Assembly: GCA_963771275.1 (NCBI GenBank)
Contig: CAVYSW010000003.1
Span: forward strand, 1,216,001-1,280,000
Source of the DNA: an uncultured Gemmatimonadales bacterium
Lineage (GTDB): Bacteria > Gemmatimonadota > Gemmatimonadetes > Gemmatimonadales > GWC2-71-9
Direction: 5' to 3'
Length of the DNA stretch: 64,000 nucleotides
A model generated the notes under the pieces. The model had not been told where the DNA came from. It saw only the letters and a program-made list of their open reading frames with translations, and made no database searches. Each line of letters opens with the position of its first letter. The first letter of the stretch is position 1. Positions 62,407 through 64,000 of this stretch are shown here, in pieces. Position numbers and translations under genes: made by a program.

Positions 62407-63186
62407 ATGGATCCGCGGCGCATCATCGGACGGTTCACGCTGCACGCGCTGAGCCACGTGGGCCGGGTCGCCAACCTGACGCTCGAGATCTTCCGCACGC
62501 TCGGCGAGTGGCGCATCTGGGTGCCGCGCACGTTCGAGCAGGGCGAGCACATCGGCTTCGGGTCGCTGTTCATCGTGCTGCTCACGGCGGGGTTCGCCGG
62601 CGCCGTGACCGCGCTCCAGACGGGCTACCAGTTTCAGGCCAACCTGCCGGTTTACATCGTGGGCGGCCTGATCGTGCAGACGATCGTGCTCGAGCTGGGG
62701 CCGGTGCTCACCGCCCTGCTGCTGGCCGGCCGGATCGGCGCGCGCTACGCCGCCGAGCTGGGGACGATGCGGGTCACCGAGCAGATCGACGCGCTCGAGA
62801 GCCTGGGCCGCTCGCCGGTGTCGCACCTCATCATCCCGCGCGTGCTCGCGGGGACGGTGATGCTCCCCATTCTGGTGATCTTCGCGGACCTGGTCGGCAG
62901 TCTCGCCGGCTATTTCTTCGCCCACACCGGAGTGCTGCAGATCACCGGCGCCGATTTCGTGTACGGCGCGCGCTACTTCTTCCGCCCGTGGGATCTGTGG
63001 TACTCGATGATCAAGTCGGTGTTCTTCGGGATGGCGATCTCACTGGTGCCGTGCTACGTCGGCTTCACCACCAAGCAGGGGGCCGAGGGCGTGGGCCGCG
63101 CCACCACGGCGGCGGTGGTGAGCGCGTCGGTGCTGATCCTGTTCCTCGACGCGCTGCTGGCGCAGATCCTGCTGCCGAATGCCTGA
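62407..63186 (+). CDS. mlaE: MlaE family ABC permease (start may be GTG 62374)
   Basis: ELGPVLTALLLAGRIGA, AELGTMRVTEQIDALE and GAEGVGRATT. Confidence 0.92.
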   Translation: MDPRRIIGRFTLHALSHVGRVANLTLEIFRTLGEWRIWVPRTFEQGEHIGFGSLFIVLLTAGFAGAVTALQTGYQFQANLPVYIVGGLIVQTIVLELGPVLTALLLAGRIGARYAAELGTMRVTEQIDALESLGRSPVSHLIIPRVLAGTVMLPILVIFADLVGSLAGYFFAHTGVLQITGADFVYGARYFFRPWDLWYSMIKSVFFGMAISLVPCYVGFTTKQGAEGVGRATTAAVVSASVLILFLDALLAQILLPNA

Positions 63187-63188
63187 GA

Positions 63189-63357
63189 CCGATGGCCGAT
63201 GGCCGATGGCCGATAGCCGATGGCCGATGGCCGATAGCCGATGGCCGATGGCCGATAGCCGATGGCCGATGCGTGTCGAGGTCACGCTGCACGTTGCACG
63301 CTGCGCGCTGCACGGCAGTTCTCACGCTATACGCTACACGCTACACGCTACACGCTC
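63189..63357. repeat. Compound heptamer repeats
   Basis: CCGAT(G/A)G x11, then CACGCTG-type and CACGCTA-type units. Confidence 0.9.
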
Positions 63358-64000
63358 GTCGTCCCGTCTTGCACGCCGCTCGCACCGGGCAGATCTCGCA
63401 GCGCGGCTTCCGGGCCACGCAGATCGTGGCGCCGAGGTCCATCAGGGCCTGATTGAACTCCCACGCGGCGCGGCGGGACTTGGGAAGCAGTCTCTCTGCC
63501 AGGGCCCACAGCCGCTCTTCTCCATCTCCGCCCCTCTGCCCCTTCTGCCCGCGTTTCCCCGACACGAACGCCCGCGTCAGCACCCTGGCCACATTCGTAT
63601 CCACGGCCGGCACGCGGCGCTCGAACGCGAACGCGGCGACGGCGCCCGCGGTGTAGCGGCCGACGCCGGGAAGCCGGCGCAGCTGGTCGGTGCGGTGCGG
63701 GATGGCGCCGCCGTGGTCGGCGACCACCGTGTGCGCCAGGGCGTGCAGGTTCTCCGCTCGGCGATAGTAGCCGAGTCCCTGCCACGCCTCGCGCACGGCG
63801 CGGGGGCGGGCGCGGGCGAGGTGCTCCAGGGTGGGGAAGCGGTCGAGAAACCGCGGATAGAAGTCGAGCACGCGCGAGACCTGGGTCTGCTGCAGCATGA
63901 ACTCGGATACCAGGACCGCGTAGGGGTCGCGCGTCCCGCGCCACGGCAGGGGACGGGCGTGGGCGCGGAACCATCTGCAGCAGGCGCCGCTTGAAGGAGA
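63341..64000 (-). CDS. mutY: A/G-specific adenine glycosylase (short form, start outside window, +1 frameshift near 63975)
   Basis: LPWR, VSEFMLQQTQV, WQGLGYYRRA, LPGVGRYTA, VDTNVARV and CX6CX2CX5C. Confidence 0.92.
   Translation of the reverse strand, partial: SPSSGACCRWFRAHARPLPWRGTRDPYAVLVSEFMLQQTQVSRVLDFYPRFLDRFPTLEHLARARPRAVREAWQGLGYYRRAENLHALAHTVVADHGGAIPHRTDQLRRLPGVGRYTAGAVAAFAFERRVPAVDTNVARVLTRAFVSGKRGQKGQRGGDGEERLWALAERLLPKSRRAAWEFNQALMDLGATICVARKPRCEICPVRAACKTGRRACSV

Noticed and set aside
63189..63357. Repeat arrays as CRISPR
   Set aside because: 7-bp tandem units with no unique spacers, and no cas genes in the window

Overview
Gene-dense, very GC-rich bacterial window. Gene content and intergenic style suggest Gemmatimonadota, which is an inference. 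It holds about 60 CDS: housekeeping genes (pfkA, ispH, fabH, class I fumarase, nadE, mutY), an imuB/imuB-C/dnaE2 mutagenesis cassette, a Zn-ribbon microprotein plus SplB-like radical SAM operon, a large N6-adenine methyltransferase plus SNF2-like helicase pair with no visible nuclease, a MoxR/DUF58/RDD-SpoIIM cluster, and a sigma-54 module (two paralogous lipoproteins, a pseudo-receiver activator, a TPR protein). No rRNA, tRNA, CRISPR array or transposase was recognised. Best leads: (1) a 19-bp element, 18/19 identical, overlapping the promoters of both DNA-damage operons (candidate SOS-type operator); (2) the sigma-54 module with its own -24/-12 promoter and paired enhancer-like sites; (3) dispersed 7-9 bp tandem/palindromic repeats at gene ends and in-frame inside DNA-repair proteins; (4) an unannotated 47-aa membrane peptide that appears to start at ATT. 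Three separate +1 frameshifts (fumarase, peptide-binding protein, mutY) suggest assembly indel errors. All family calls come from motif recognition by eye; no searches were run.
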